DNA of 64,000 nucleotides from Phoronis australis (Eukaryota > Animalia > Phoronida). Shown here piece after piece: positions 47,501-62,347 of this stretch. The stretch lies in assembly GCA_002633005.1 (NCBI GenBank), contig NMRA01000305.1:93401-157400 (forward strand), read 5' to 3'. The notes under the pieces were generated by a model. The model saw nothing but the letters and a program-made list of their open reading frames with translations, had not been told where the DNA came from and did no database searches. How positions within the stretch are numbered: the stretch's first letter is position 1; each line of letters opens with the position of its first letter. The position numbers were made by a program, and so were the translations under genes.

Positions 47501-50500
47501 TAAATTTTCGCAAGATAGACTAATGAAATAAATGAAAAAGCATATAATTATTGTCGCTGTATTCGACTAAGTGAACCGCTACAGCTACGTGTGATGAACG
47601 TGACGTCAATGGGCGTAATAAAAAAAAAACGGTGCACAAAAACAATTGAGTACAAAACGACACCTTGCACGACGTTATGACAGAAAATATAACTGTCAAT
47701 TGATAACTCCGGGCTCAAAAATACCGGAAAGAGACAAAGCATGATACATGTATCTGGGCAATTGACGATATTACAAAATAGAAACAAGTTCGCCTAACAG
47801 ACATGCACATGTGACAATATCAGCAAAAGGTAATTCGTAGCGAGGCAAAGCGACAATTGACAACTAATGAACATCGCGTGCATTATCAACTTCTGGATAT
47901 TTCTGATGCAAAATGATATAAATATAGTGATATAAATATAGGCACAAAGAAATGTAATCAACGTTACTAAACTCGTGCCAGACAGACGCATATGGCACAG
48001 TTTGCTGGATCCGAGGAATAAAACATATTAAATTCAAATTAAATCAAATTGTGTGTATGTTACAACTAATCTCACGACAAATCGTTTTATGATCTTATCC
48101 TGGTACAAAAAATCCCCAAATTCATTTGCCAAACAAACGCCAGTGACCTCATCATGAACTCCGCTGAGCGCGTGCGTAATTATTCATTCAGCTCCATCAT
48201 CGTTCACCGTTGACATCACAGCTTGCGATGGCTACCGGTGCTGGTCTATTTGTGTCGTCAACGAAGAGAATGACAGCTCCACTCAGCGCACCGAGTGAGT
48301 CCGGCAATGAACTTTGGAGGCGAAATACGGTACCAAGGGGAAAATTGGATCCCTGATCGAAAAGTGGAACGCACTCAGAGAAAACGTGGAAAAGAAGAGC
48401 GAAATTGACAAGGTTTTCTTGGAGTTCACCGTTAAAAAAACGCTGCACTTATTTGACTTCAGCGTATCGGATGCTTTAGCCGGTTAATCCGGCGGAACCA
48501 GCAAGTCCATTAAGTGCAGCCAATTTGTAACAAGAAAACCGATCGATCGTCGCGGTTAACCACATTTCAGTATCCGCCACCTCTATCTTGGGGGGGGGTT
48601 AATTGATCTGTAATTTAACGGGACTTTTTTACGTCATTCATTCCCTATTTCCGATGTCGGTCAGTTGCATAACCCTGACTTGTGCTCATGATCGCTGTAT
48701 GCATAAATATCAAGCGATTATCAGTACTACAACTGAATGTACGAGATACAATGTAGATGCATAAACCTGTATTTGTTCATGTTCTTTGCCTTCTGGGAAA
48801 TTATGCATCTAATGACACTCTTTATATCATGACTGAATATTTGTTAATGGTGGCTGCATATATAACCATACATTTTAATTTCAATGAAGACGACAAACAC
48901 CCGAGTTCCGTCCGAAGAAACGAAATTGGGATTTTAATTATTAGACCATAAAACTAATGTCAACTTTTTCTGTGCTCAGGTGAGAAGTCATTTCCGGTGA
49001 TGAAAAGATCACTGGCTGTAAAAGGCTATTTATTGTTCGAAACCATGCCCTGCACATGAAATGATCGATTCGCTGTGACAGCCAACTTGACAAGCATGGT
49101 CTCAAACCATAGATAATCATATATTTACAACTACAGTAAGCCCAGAAATCACTTGCTCCCTGAGTAGTGAACACTTTGAGACAAACTTCGTTACTAAGTC
49201 AGCGCTACCTAAACGAAAATTATTTCGACAGAAGGCAGGTACTTCATAACAGCTCTAAAGAAGAAGACTGAATACCCAGAGTCTCGAGCTAGGTGCAGTA
49301 ATCCTGTTTTTTTAAATTAAAACGCAATGTGGCGGAACAGTATTTTTTCATTTTATCAGCATCTTCAAAAGAGTAAACAAGGAGATAATTTTTCTTGGTT
49401 ATTTGAAAACGTTATATGGTAACGTTGTCATCAACAAACGCAAGATGGGATTTTGAAGATTTCGGCAATACAGAGAGCGTTTGAAAACTAAAAAATGGCA
49501 ACTTTGTCCATTATTTTTGTCCGAATTTCAGGAAACTTAACAGCGCACGTATAACTGACCATTATACTTGACACAACTCTGCGGCGCGCGCGTACGCCAC
49601 CCGGTGACATAAAATGGTGTTTTAATAAAAGCTGTTACTAACGAGTGAATTGACGGGGTTTATTTTCGTTTAACCACCGATAAGCTTAAAAACAAACGTA
49701 TCAAAACGGCACAGAATAAACAAGCCGCATACACATAAACAAATAATTTCACCAAACCAAGTATACAAACAAGGTTTATCAATAAGCAAATAAAGTTAAT
49801 GATGTCGAAAGGGGTCCAATTTCACCCTTTTTCTATGACGATACTGGCGTGTAATCAGGTAATGGAACAGTAAGGACTTATCAACCAAAGGCCTAGGGCG
49901 ATGATTTTTAACCGAAATCAATAAGCGACAATTATCTGCACTATAGCGCTGCTAATCAATTCTACCTCCCCGACGTCTCGTTTTGGCCTCCTGGACTGAA
50001 CGTTACAGCATTCCATACTACGACTCGTAAGACATGGGATAACTTATAGCGCACGTTGATTTGCAGGCGGGGCAGGTCTAACTAAATGAGTGAATCGTTG
50101 AGTCATGTCCGTAGGGATGAAACCGGGCTTGTGAAACTGGTTCGCAAGCCAAGTTTTTTTATCACAAATTTTCCTCCCGCTTCACGTCAAACAAGGGTTA
50201 TGTTAAGATCAAACCGGTATTGAAGAGAACATTCATGTTCGACATATGTCCGTTACATTCGCTTATTCATAGGTACATTAACTAAAATATCCTGATGGTG
50301 GAGGACTATTTTAGTGCAAGATCATTTCACTATCGGCATTCATCGCACGTACCATCCTCTACAATAGGACATACGTTAATGTAATAACAACACAAACCGA
50401 AATAAGGGGCAACATAACAAAATTTCAATGTCAGCAATTTAGCTCTACGAACCAACATAGTTACTTATTCCCGGCTCAGCTCTATAAAATGAGCCCAATG

Positions 50501-51229
50501 AGAAAATCTCCAGTTCACACCACGGCTGTCTAAATCAAGAGCCCCATTACCGCTGGGTTGTAAGAACTTCGTCAAGTGGTCCAATTATGAGATCGAGCCA
50601 ATCGTATGGCGTTTTCGCCCTGGTACTGACACAATCATACAATAGTTGAGACATCATTACGAACTGAGTGATTAATCTTCACTCTTTCATTGATTAGAAG
50701 CAACAAAAACCTCGAGTGATCAATGACAACGGCTAACTTAAGTTATCATGACGGCAAGTTACGGTTATTACGAATAATGTTAAATATTTATACCAAAAAG
50801 GTACTCTTACCTGAAGGAAAATGACGAATAATAATCCGGACGCATTTAAGCCAGGAGCAAAAGTTTACACCGACCGCTCAGTTTCATCCCTTTACACACC
50901 TTGCCGTTTGATCTCGGTGATGTCCACGCTGGGATTGATATGATAGAAAGATCGAATCTTTTTAGGGAGAACTAGGTTCAACGATAAGGCGGTAACATAC
51001 GGCATGCGCCGCGAACGTAGTCTGTCAGAAAATCAATCCAGTCTAGCATCGGATCAAGCAGACGATACATAGGGAAATACGTCAGGGAGTAAAGGTCAAA
51101 ACGCCCGAAGGGCGGGTCTACTTGCATACATTGTACATGATATTCGGAACCTGCCGCTCAGGTGAATTTCAGGGGCGGGTCCAGGATTTTGAGTTGGGGC
51201 GCAGGGCAGATTATTAGCCAGGATTTTGC

Positions 51230-52212
51230 NNNNNNNNNNNNNNNNNNNNNNNNNNNNNNNNNNNNNNNNNNNNNNNNNNNNNNNNNNNNNNNNNNNNNNN
51301 NNNNNNNNNNNNNNNNNNNNNNNNNNNNNNNNNNNNNNNNNNNNNNNNNNNNNNNNNNNNNNNNNNNNNNNNNNNNNNNNNNNNNNNNNNNNNNNNNNNN
51401 NNNNNNNNNNNNNNNNNNNNNNNNNNNNNNNNNNNNNNNNNNNNNNNNNNNNNNNNNNNNNNNNNNNNNNNNNNNNNNNNNNNNNNNNNNNNNNNNNNNN
51501 NNNNNNNNNNNNNNNNNNNNNNNNNNNNNNNNNNNNNNNNNNNNNNNNNNNNNNNNNNNNNNNNNNNNNNNNNNNNNNNNNNNNNNNNNNNNNNNNNNNN
51601 NNNNNNNNNNNNNNNNNNNNNNNNNNNNNNNNNNNNNNNNNNNNNNNNNNNNNNNNNNNNNNNNNNNNNNNNNNNNNNNNNNNNNNNNNNNNNNNNNNNN
51701 NNNNNNNNNNNNNNNNNNNNNNNNNNNNNNNNNNNNNNNNNNNNNNNNNNNNNNNNNNNNNNNNNNNNNNNNNNNNNNNNNNNNNNNNNNNNNNNNNNNN
51801 NNNNNNNNNNNNNNNNNNNNNNNNNNNNNNNNNNNNNNNNNNNNNNNNNNNNNNNNNNNNNNNNNNNNNNNNNNNNNNNNNNNNNNNNNNNNNNNNNNNN
51901 NNNNNNNNNNNNNNNNNNNNNNNNNNNNNNNNNNNNNNNNNNNNNNNNNNNNNNNNNNNNNNNNNNNNNNNNNNNNNNNNNNNNNNNNNNNNNNNNNNNN
52001 NNNNNNNNNNNNNNNNNNNNNNNNNNNNNNNNNNNNNNNNNNNNNNNNNNNNNNNNNNNNNNNNNNNNNNNNNNNNNNNNNNNNNNNNNNNNNNNNNNNN
52101 NNNNNNNNNNNNNNNNNNNNNNNNNNNNNNNNNNNNNNNNNNNNNNNNNNNNNNNNNNNNNNNNNNNNNNNNNNNNNNNNNNNNNNNNNNNNNNNNNNNN
52201 NNNNNNNNNNNN
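51230..52212. other. Assembly gap (983 N)
   Basis: Run of n; the left edge falls inside a repeat copy. Confidence 0.99.
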
Positions 52213-54336
52213 TTATCATCAAAAAGAGCTCATAATGAATATAAAATGATAGAAAAAATATTACATCTCTGAATAAATAACGAAACAAATATGTAAAAGA
52301 TATAGGGAACTTAGTTGAGTCACGCAACCGAGCACTGGACCCTCCGTTTTGGCCAATGCGGCAAACGAAAACCACGGGAAAATAGATTTTCCTTTTCTTT
52401 CTATTGACCGCATGACGCAATGATCTCGATCCCCTAAATTTCATTACATTTTTTCTACTAGGTACTTTTGATATAGAATACTTTTCAGAAATGTATCGTT
52501 TACTCGACCTTCTCTTTCATGTAATAAACCCCTGAATTCGTAGGCAAGTAGAGAAAAACGCAAAATTATCCGCAGTTTATAGTTAATTTTTATAAAATAC
52601 GCATGTTATCAGATTGAAGAAGAGAAAAATCTCGTTGCTTTTATTAATATTGCCACTAATATTTCCACTTAATTGTCTTCGCTGAAATCAAAGAAGAGAT
52701 TTTCTACTTTAACAGGATAGTGTACTTTGAATAAATACTAACGGTCTCCCGAGTAGGCTCTAAAACGCCCAAAAGCTCTTACCTTTGTCTTGATGTTTGA
52801 ATCAGAAGCAAAAGACAAATAGTAATTATTATTTCGCATACCAAGAGTGTTACCAAAATGCGAAAATTAATAGCGCCATAAGCGCACCAAGTCTAAAATA
52901 TGGGGGATCGAATTTTTTGAGAATGTGGACCTTTTACTAAGATTCACGGAGTACGTTCAGAATTCACCAAATTTTGGTAGTTCCTGCATTTTCAGTGGAC
53001 TTTTGTCTCGTTTTTTACTTTTTTCGGAGTTTTTGTTTCTCCGATGCGGACATTTTTGCCCACTTCGCCGAGAGGCGGGCTCATTCGACTCCCCCCCGCC
53101 TTGGATGCGCGCGTGATCGTGTAATAGTAACAAAAAAGGCAATTTGCATCCTATAAAGACAAAGCTTTTAGAATATGAATCTCTCACACTTGCTGCGGAC
53201 AATTTAATCGGGCATTCATCGTCAGTAATACGATGTAATGGATTGTGTTATTTCACGGGTATTAGGTAAATACGGTTTTTCTGATGGCTCCGTGGTTTAT
53301 TACAGTTCACTGTGCGGCTTTCAACTAGGCAGCGGTAAGTTTGATAATTGTAATCTTTTGTATTCACTCGGGTACTGGAAAACCTGACTTGATAAAAACT
53401 TTAATTGAATTGTAACGTTTTGTATGTAAACTGTAACAACACCCTATTCCATCGTTCTTTGTGTGAAAAAATCTGGCCATGTAAAGATATCATCGACCAC
53501 AACTACAACTACTGTCCATCATCCATGTTATAGTATACTCCATAAGCAATATGTGAATAAACATAGATGATGTTAAGTGAAGAAAGAGCTCGGCATAACA
53601 ACTTGCGCGAATATAACAGTCAAACCCTGGAGTACGTTGCCTGTAAACTTAGTTGAGAACTTGGCGTACTCTACCACCGTGTTATATTCATTTTCCTTCT
53701 GTTTTTAGATGTGAAAATGCTTCAAAAATGTCCTAACGTTCTTTTAGACAAGTTTCGCAATGTCTCACTAATCAAGCCTTGTTATTTATTCTCAGACCAG
53801 TATCTCGTGGAAGTACCATACCTTCAACCAATAGTCAATTTCCAAACATCTCCCCTACAAAAGATTGACGAACGAAGATCACTCAGCAGGGGGCGATCTG
53901 GTGTAAACAAGTGCTCGTTAATTGTGTCAATCCGAATATCCCTGGTCTGCAGTGAACAATAAATCTCAACTTTTGAGTAGAAAACGTTGACGATCGTGAA
54001 GACGATTTGTTCATTCCACGCATTTATGACAAACATCTTCAGCGAGAGATGACGGTAATATTACGCGCTGGATTATTCACAGGCTATATATAACCTCAGA
54101 CCAATAACTTTTAGTTTATTAGTCTGAGATATAAGCAAAGCCAAGGGCTGAGATATATTCTAAGCTAAGCTTAGGGCTCACAAAAATAGGGACCCCGCCT
54201 CGCAGCCAAAAGGCCCCTTAAGTTGAAGCGTTGTACTAGTTACCCCATTAGTCAATAAGTTTGTTGGAGGAATGTGAATTCACATTGAAAAATGGAAAAT
54301 AATAGTCTAATATGGACCAAAAAAGTAATTATTAAA

Positions 54337-54479
54337 CATGGGTGGCCCAGCACTGAAAAAGTAGGGAGCCAAAGACCCCCGCCCCTTGTGGTGCATCGCC
54401 CTTAGACCATGGGCGGTGCAGCCCTGAAAAAATGGGGGCTACAGTCCTACCCCCAGTTCCCTACGGTGCGCCGCCCATG
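54337..54479. mobile_element. Two tandem ~70-bp TIR mini-elements (remnant at ~45590-45629)
   Basis: CATGGGCGGTGCA...TGCGCCGCCCATG. Confidence 0.6.
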
Positions 54480-57064
54480 TTAAATCAAAACACTGTTGTC
54501 AAAATATTACATCTAGGCTGAGTACCGCAAACCCAGTTATCCGTTTTGCTACAAAAAATTAAGTACTGCATGAACGGATAGGCTCTGACGCAGACATTTC
54601 AGGCCAGTGACTTCCATATCCTACACTGAATTCGAGATTTTGAGGAACAGCGTGGTCACTAGCTAAACATTCAGACGGCCTATCCGATGAGTTCGGAACA
54701 AAAAATTGTTATATCTGCCTACAGTCGGGCGATATTAACAGGAGATTATCATTATTGGAAGTCTCGTCCGGGTGTTGGCGTCAATCCTCATTCGCTACTT
54801 TTCCGACAACAATCGCCGCCTCATGTCTCATCGATATATATAATAGAACTCAGTCTGCGGGCTGGCACAACAAAGGCTCAATAAGTGACCAAAGGCATAA
54901 AACGGGGAACGAGGACATTTTCTCTTCAAAAATTACGACTGTGACCCCTCAAAACACCCTACCTCTTTCAGTGTGAACACTGCTATTGTTTCACATTTTG
55001 GGGTCAGACAGAAACAAATTCTTGCGCTGAGAAACGTATACACGGCGCGAATAGCACGAATAAAGCGTGCTGTTTTGTTTTCAGTATTATATTTTCGATT
55101 TCTTTATTATACTTTCGATTTAGTATCCATTTATTCCTGCCACGACACAAGGTGAGACAACACCTGGCACCTCTTCGGGTGACCAGCGTTTGTAAGTAAT
55201 CCTGCACATTTTTCAATTCCTTCTACTCATTTCGTGCGTCCCTTCGGATGGGCACGAGCTGTCTTACATCTCTTGTGGTGCTTTTTTATTGCCCATTTTA
55301 CCAGAGATTATATATTTTGTATTTTACTTATTTTTATTCACCATCTTGTAATTGTATTAGTCATAATAAATGACCTTATATCGCCTACCTCGGTCTTCTT
55401 TTCATCTCTGGTAACGAGCTCGTGACGCACGTATCATCAACCAGTGGTGGTATAATTTATATATTATTCGGGACATATGCCGATCATAAAAAGCCTGTTT
55501 TCAGAATTTACAAACTATAGTTATCTACAGCCGGCTGGAATAGAAAAAGACATCCTTACTGAAGCCAGCACCGACGCGAGCACGTAAAGACTGTCTCTCG
55601 GCTGGTCAAAGTAGTCCTACAGTGTCATAGCAGGCAATCCGTAAGTTATCAATGGTGGATTTAGCGGGGGCCATGGCCCCTCCTAAAATTCTCCCAGAGT
55701 CCACTTTGCAGTTCAGGGGTGCGAACGTCTGACGGCAAAACCATAGCCAATAATCTGCCCTGCCCCCCCCTCCCAACTCAAAATCCTGTATCCACCGCTG
55801 GTTATCTCCCCTAAAATTTTTCCTACGACTTACGCTCACTGTTGGTTTGTTTGTGTCTATTGGTTCTAGGTTGTGTTCGTTGCTTCGTTTCTTACAACCT
55901 TGGTCGTGTTTACTTTTCACAATGTAAATGTTATTGCACCAGAAACAATACTGTTGATTTAAAAAGCATTCATTCGACAAAAACCAACTGACAGTGTTTC
56001 CAAAAGATTTCTTACTCAAGACCAGTTAATCATTGTTAGAGCTAATATGATTTTGCAACATCTTAGTCAGGTTTAACTATGTCGGTTTTTCACTGGTAAA
56101 TTTCAAAAATGACGGCAAACCCGTTTTCACAGCGTTTGACCATGTCTACCTACAAATCTTTATGAAACGTGTTGTTGAAGGGTGGAAGATAAAATATGGC
56201 CAAAAATGCTTTAAATAGAAACAGTCCATATGGACTTTACCCAACTTGTACAACACTTAGTCGGTTCCAATCTGGGTTTTTGTCACATTCTTGAGAGTGC
56301 ACTAACCACTACCCTGGTGTAAAGAACTCTGCATACATTAGGTAAATCTTACTCTAACAAGATTTGCAACCAAGTGGACCAGAAAGCACGTACTGTTTAC
56401 CCCAGAGTATCCAGCAAAGTCCTTGGCACATCAAAGGCTTGATGGCGCCGTCACAGACTGAAGTGAGCTAGTCGCTATTCATGGCTTGGCCCAATGAACG
56501 TGTATTAATGGAGATAATTGACGTCATAAAAAATGTGCATGTTAAGGTACTAGTTTCAAAGTCAGAAATGAACTACAAGTAAGGCAAACGACCAACACAA
56601 CTGTTTTTAAAACTGAAAAGTAACATTAGTAGGAAGAGATAACCACGAAATGACAAGTGGGTTATCTATTCTGAACATTAATTATGTTCAAGTTTTTAAA
56701 ATCAATGCATTATAAGAGAAATCAGCAAATAGGATTTCTTCAGCAGTGCGGCTAAGGCACGTGCGTTAATTTGTGAATAGATTAGGACAGGTTAGTCAGT
56801 CTGACTTAAGCTCGATTAGGCGCTGAGGTAACAAAACCCCGAATGTTAGTGTAGGAGATGCCTGATGTAAAATATGCAATGAAAGAAGACAGAGAAGACG
56901 GAGTGACATCTATTGAGCATCACAACCATGATTCCACACTGTGAAAACAAGTGACTGATCACATGGTTCCCATTAGAAAATTTCATAAGCATTGTTTGAG
57001 CATGGGGGAACTGCATCTATTTTAGGAGTGGGAGGGGCTAGGCGTGGTTACATCTAGGATTCTG

Positions 57065-59228
57065 TCAATCAAAGCCGATGGCAGATTCAAGCTGCTCCAA
57101 ATATCTGCTGAGGACAGGAAGTGAAAAACGTCGCTCTTCTGGAATTTTGCTGCACTGGAAATAAAGAAAACAAAAATTTCAATATTTACAGTATTTTGGA
57201 GATTTCATGTCAGGTAACATATAATGAGGTTTGATATTCACTACAGGTAGTGCTAATGCATAAAAGATCTGGACGGCAAACTATACAACAAAAGTCAGCA
57301 ATTAAACTTGGATCACTACTGGTTCTCATTCATACAAATAATTGACATAGTACAGTGTAGGTGGTAACGATATCCAGAAAGTCACCCCTACTAGATGGAG
57401 TTTGCCTCGCAAAATCGTATTATTATAACGTTTCTTACCATTGCAGCGTTTTAATATCTTATTACCGCAAACACTCATGTTAATGACTATGCTCACGCAC
57501 AAGCCTACTCCGTACATTTAAAGTGTTTCATAATAAGCGCTCACTGATCTATTAAAAGTCCCCCCTTAAATTTTGAGAAGTTCCAATTAAGCGCCCACAG
57601 TTCAAGCTAGCGCCCATCATAGTGCACTACACACGACCACGTGTGGTTTAAAATTGATACGCAACTTATATGGTGTGTCACTTTCATTTTACACAACTTC
57701 AGTTTTCAAAAACGTCTTTTCACAATATGTAAAAACCAAATCCCGGCTTTGTTTTATACCTCGGAAAGAAAGTTAACACCAGTGACAAGCATGTCATTTT
57801 GTGACTGACCTATTTTTCCCATGCTTGGAAGCCATTACCCGATGAAAACCCGCACGGGGGAGTCGGGAATTATTTCGAGGCTATTCATTCCATGGAAAAC
57901 TAATTGTTGAGTATGTAAACAGCATAAGTACCACATTTTTGTAGTGAAATTTGCACTGAATTGTTCCCGCACATCCAAATAAGTCATTCGGTTAGGGCAT
58001 CGTTTCACGTTTTTTTTTTCGATATATGTTTTTCAAACGTCGAGTTAAATTGCAAAATTTGGGCTGTGAAGAAACAGTGGAGGGAATTTGCACACCCAGT
58101 TAGTTTGAATCGTTAATGACTTTGATGAAAGCCAGTAGCAGGCCAGACCTAGCAAAATTCCGGATACTTTTTCAACGGGCATTTTCTCCCTTTTCACATC
58201 ACAAATTTAGCTACTCGAATGCATATGTCAGTTAGAGAGCACTGATTCAACTTTCACGTCGGCAACTTGCCTTGCGCTCTAGAGCCTTTCAATGGCAGAC
58301 GTGAAGAACAGTAAGGGCGTACCTGCATGAACGAAGTCAATTTTGCGATCCGAAATTTGTGAGTATTTAACGCTGCAGGCAAGACCATAATCTAAACATT
58401 TTCTCGATGATCTAAAAAATCAATTTTGGCGCGTAAAAATGGCGGGAAAATTTTGCGACCTGGCATTTATGACTGCCAGCTGGATTTTGAAAAATGCGAC
58501 CTGAGATTTTGGCTAGGTCGCAAAATGCAACCGGACGATTTTAATAGTGTCGAGCCCTGAAGTGGGACTAGACAGCAGGGATATCAAGGTCAAGGTCACT
58601 GTTCTGGCTTAGTATCCAGGATTTTCGGAAAATATGCTCTTGGGTTGCTATTTGGACCTTTCACAAACATCAGATGAAGCCAGATATAAAACGGCATATT
58701 TTTTGGAAAGGAGGTGGTTATTTTTGGAAACTGACGAACATTTTATGTTGCACTTTTGTTAAACAAACATTAGTTGTGAATTTTTTTAACTTAACAGGGT
58801 GGTCTTTTTAAGGTATTTAATTGTGCAACTAATTAGGTCAAGTCAAAGTTGTAAACTTCAAACTGCAGCAAATGAAGCTACTGGCAGTGAATTATGCCAT
58901 TAAAACCACCAAATGAATTCCGTTCAGTCCATGGTGTTGGGAAACTTTCAAACAGCAACATGGCGACTGGTCACATGGGACTGGATACCAGTGACCTCTT
59001 GTGGATGGGGAGGCATTTTGTAACTGTTATTGAAAACACATCACGTCTAAGCACATACATTGTATACGGGTGTTTTCACAAAATCAAACTGTTCGCCTAT
59101 GCCACCTACTGCAAAGACAAAGTAATTCCTGGTACAATTAGGTGGTGTTATGAGTCACCAATCCCACGTGATCAGTCCCCATTGTTTACCGAAAGCCTCC
59201 CATTAGGAACGCCAACAACGGGTTCCAC
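57065..59228 (-). CDS. Possible 3' exons of a gene entering from beyond the window: 59190..59228 (WNPLLAFLMGGFR), from 59023 (YKMPPHPQE...), 57065..57154 (CSKIPEERRFSLPVLSRYLEQLESAIGFD*)
   Basis: Pyrimidine-rich CAG acceptors at 59229, 59024 and 57155; the first two exons join in phase 2 to a protein-like peptide. Donor of the middle exon is unclear and I do not recognise the protein. Confidence 0.38.
58430..58559. mobile_element. Orphan right end of a hAT-like element
   Basis: Ends in TCGAGCCCTG (reverse complement CAGGGCTCGA) with repeated TGCGACCT subterminal motifs; partner end not found. Confidence 0.4.
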
Positions 59229-62073
59229 CTGAAAACACGAATGAAAATGAACGGTTTTCAAAGACGGCACTGTAAGGGAACACACTACTCACATCACGGG
59301 AAGTGGCATTGGCTATTTTTGTTGTCGTATCCTTCTTATGAAAAGGTCTCTCCATTAAGGTGAAGTCATTGCCTTTCTTCCTAAATCTTTTATGTAGCGG
59401 AAATATGTGACCCTCCGTTGAAAATAAGTACTTGGAATAATGTCTATTTAAATGGTTATCTTTATCGAATAACTGAAAAACAAATAAAACATTGCACAAG
59501 TTACAAAAGAGCAACACCGATAGTTTTAATAACTGAACTGGAATTAATAGCAGCTCAAGATATTAGATCCCCAAAATATTCTAGTCGATTCAGATATTAA
59601 GAACAAATAAGCTTTTGCATGCTCTATAAAAGCAACACCTCCTTGAATAACTGATTGAAATTTGCAGCTCTAACGATTGTTTTAAACCACTTAATCTTCG
59701 CATGGAATTCCACATGGTACATGATCAACAATGCTTATTTTCCAAATGAAAATAGATCTCAATTTATGTTTTTGGACAAGTTAAATCATACTTTGCAAAG
59801 ATATGTAAATAACGATAATATTTTTTGTGCTGGTGATTTTAATTGCCCATTAGGAAAAATTCATAAACAAGGAACATGAGATATTAGAGATAAACAAGGA
59901 GTCATTGGCAAGCTTAAAGGTTTTGCAGAGTCTTTCCATCTATTCCACGCTTGGAGATTTCAGAATCCAGGCAAAAAACAATATACATGGCATGATAGTT
60001 CCTACAGATTACAAAGCAGAATTGACTACTGGTTGGTTTCAAAGAACTTCAAAGATCATCAGAATTGTTCCATAAAAAGTGATTATAATTTTTCGGATAA
60101 CTCGGTAGTCAAACTTCATAGTTCTCACTTTGTCTTAAAGACTCTGTACCGAGAGGGCCTGGATTATGGAAAATTAATAATAGTCTTTTCGAAGATGAAG
60201 AATATATAACTAAGTTAAAAGTAATTATAAATACCTGTGTGTTGAAGAGTATGTTTATCTAAGTAATAAACATACCAAATGGGAAATGGTTAAAATGAAA
60301 ATAAGGGCATATACTATGAGATACTCGAAATGAAAAAAGCAATTAGAAAATGCCGAGGAAGAGAAATTGATTGAAATTATCAACAACTTGACAGGAGAAC
60401 TAAATGATGATAGAATTGGTGATGGAATTGTACAGAATTTGGAAAGAGCCAATTTGCAATGTATACAAACTCATAGAGTACGCGGACAAATGTTAAGAAG
60501 TAAAGCCCAGTTAATTGAGGAAGGAGAGTGTAGCCCAAAAGTTTTTGCCTCATTGGAGAAAAGAAATTTTAAGAAAAAGTGTATAAGTATCCTTAAAAAA
60601 AGATGGGCTCTTGATAAGAGATCATGCTGAAGTCAGGTCAGAATTGACTCATTATTACTCGTCTGTTTTCACAGATTGTCAAATGGAAACACCATCCACT
60701 ATACTAGATTTATTTAATATCGCCAGTGATGTACCACCCACTGATTTTGAAGAACTGGATGAACCTTTAAGAGAGGGTGAATTTTATGCATTTTAAAAAC
60801 TTGTAAAAATAATAAGTCTCCAGGAAATGACGGGCTAACACATGAATTTTATAAATGTTTCTGGCATGAAGTTAAAAACTCTTTACTTGAAGTTTTTGAA
60901 TATAGTTTTTCAGTGGGGAATTATCTACGTCACAGAGGCAAGGAGCAATAACGCTCCTCCCCCAAGTCAAAAGATGATGTCGAGCTCCAGTCCTTGGATA
61001 ATTGGCGTCCAATATTGTCATTGAATACTGATTATAAAATACTTACAAAAGTTCTTACAGCCCGTATAAATAATATCATGGGAAAACTGGTTCACCCAAG
61101 TCAAACAGCTGTTAAAGGACGATATATAGGATACGATATTCATATCATTCAGGATATAATTTCTTATACAAACATTACTCATGGTAAAGGACACATTTTA
61201 TTTTTGGACTTTTGCGAGGCGTATTACACAATAAAATGAGACTTTATTTTTCAAGCTTTGAAGGCTTTTAATTTTGGACAGCGTTTTACACGATGGGTAG
61301 AAAAAATCTATAATAAACCAACTGCTTGTATTGTCAGTAATGGTTTTACAACAGATTATTTTTGTTTAGAAAGAGGTGTAAGACAGGGTGATTCATTGTC
61401 GGGTCCATTATTTTGTCTAGCTGTTGAAGTTATGGCTAATTATAAACGAAAGTGTAATATTTAATTAAAGGCATAAATGTTGAGAAAACTGAAGTTAATA
61501 TTCTCCAGTACCCAGATGACACCACCTTATTTCATCATAACAAAAATTCTGACATGAAATGTCTCAAATTTTTAGAACATTTTTGTTTACTCTCTGATCT
61601 CCAGCTGAATATTAAGAAATGTGAAGGGTTATATTTAGGTCGAGAAAAAGAGTGTTCTGAACCACTTTATGGTTTCAAGTGGACTGGGAAACCAATCAAG
61701 AGTTTGGAAATATTTTTTGTCATAACAAAAAAGAAAATAATTTTTCAAATTTTGAACTCAAAATTAAGTCCTTTAAAAAGTCTCTTAATATCTGGAAAAG
61801 TCGCAATATTTCATTGTTAGGAAGGATCAATGTAATTAAAACATTTGCACTGTCTAAAATAATTTACCGGTATGTTATGAGCAATTTAGGAATTGACAGC
61901 AAATGCAGAGCTAAGATAAATACTATGATAAAAACTTTTGTTTGGCAAAATAAAACACCTAGAATTAGAAAAAATGTGACTTTAAATACCAATGAAAATG
62001 GTGGTTTGTCAGTTCCTGGTATAAATATTATGTACAAGTCATTACTAGTTAAGTGGGTATGCGTTGCTTAGAT

Positions 62074-62347
62074 AAAAAAAAAACAGTGCAGGTGGTCTGA
62101 TGTCATTTGCGGTGCATCAGACGTGTGCAGGCCACATGGTTGGGCCCATTGCACAGAACACCTGAGCAAAGGCACGAGACCCCAAGTATGGCTCCTCGTG
62201 AAGAAAGTTTTCAAGTCTGCCAGTCTCCCTTAGGAAAACGGACAGACGTTTCCATTTGTTGCCATGCACTATATGTTGTAGGCATGTAAAAGTGCCATCC
62301 AGTAGGTTGCTCCTTAGCCTATAAAAAGCAGGGCAAGACTCTACCAG
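62074..62347 (+). mobile_element. SINE-like insertion nested in the LINE
   Basis: Interrupts ORF2; flanked by the direct repeat GTTGCTTAGAT (62063-62073 and 62348-62358); contains a CCTGAGCAAAGGCAC segment typical of SINE bodies. Confidence 0.65.

Noticed and set aside
48180-48560. GC-elevated island with short protein-like frames
   Set aside because: No convincing splice pair, start-stop structure or recognisable homology.
51158-52444. Long ORFs of 348-428 aa
   Set aside because: Artefacts of the N gap.
62087-62157. Twister-sister ribozyme (GTGCAGGC loop and CCATT resemble its conserved segments)
   Set aside because: The required P1/P2 pairings cannot be formed; retained only as an unclassified structured motif.
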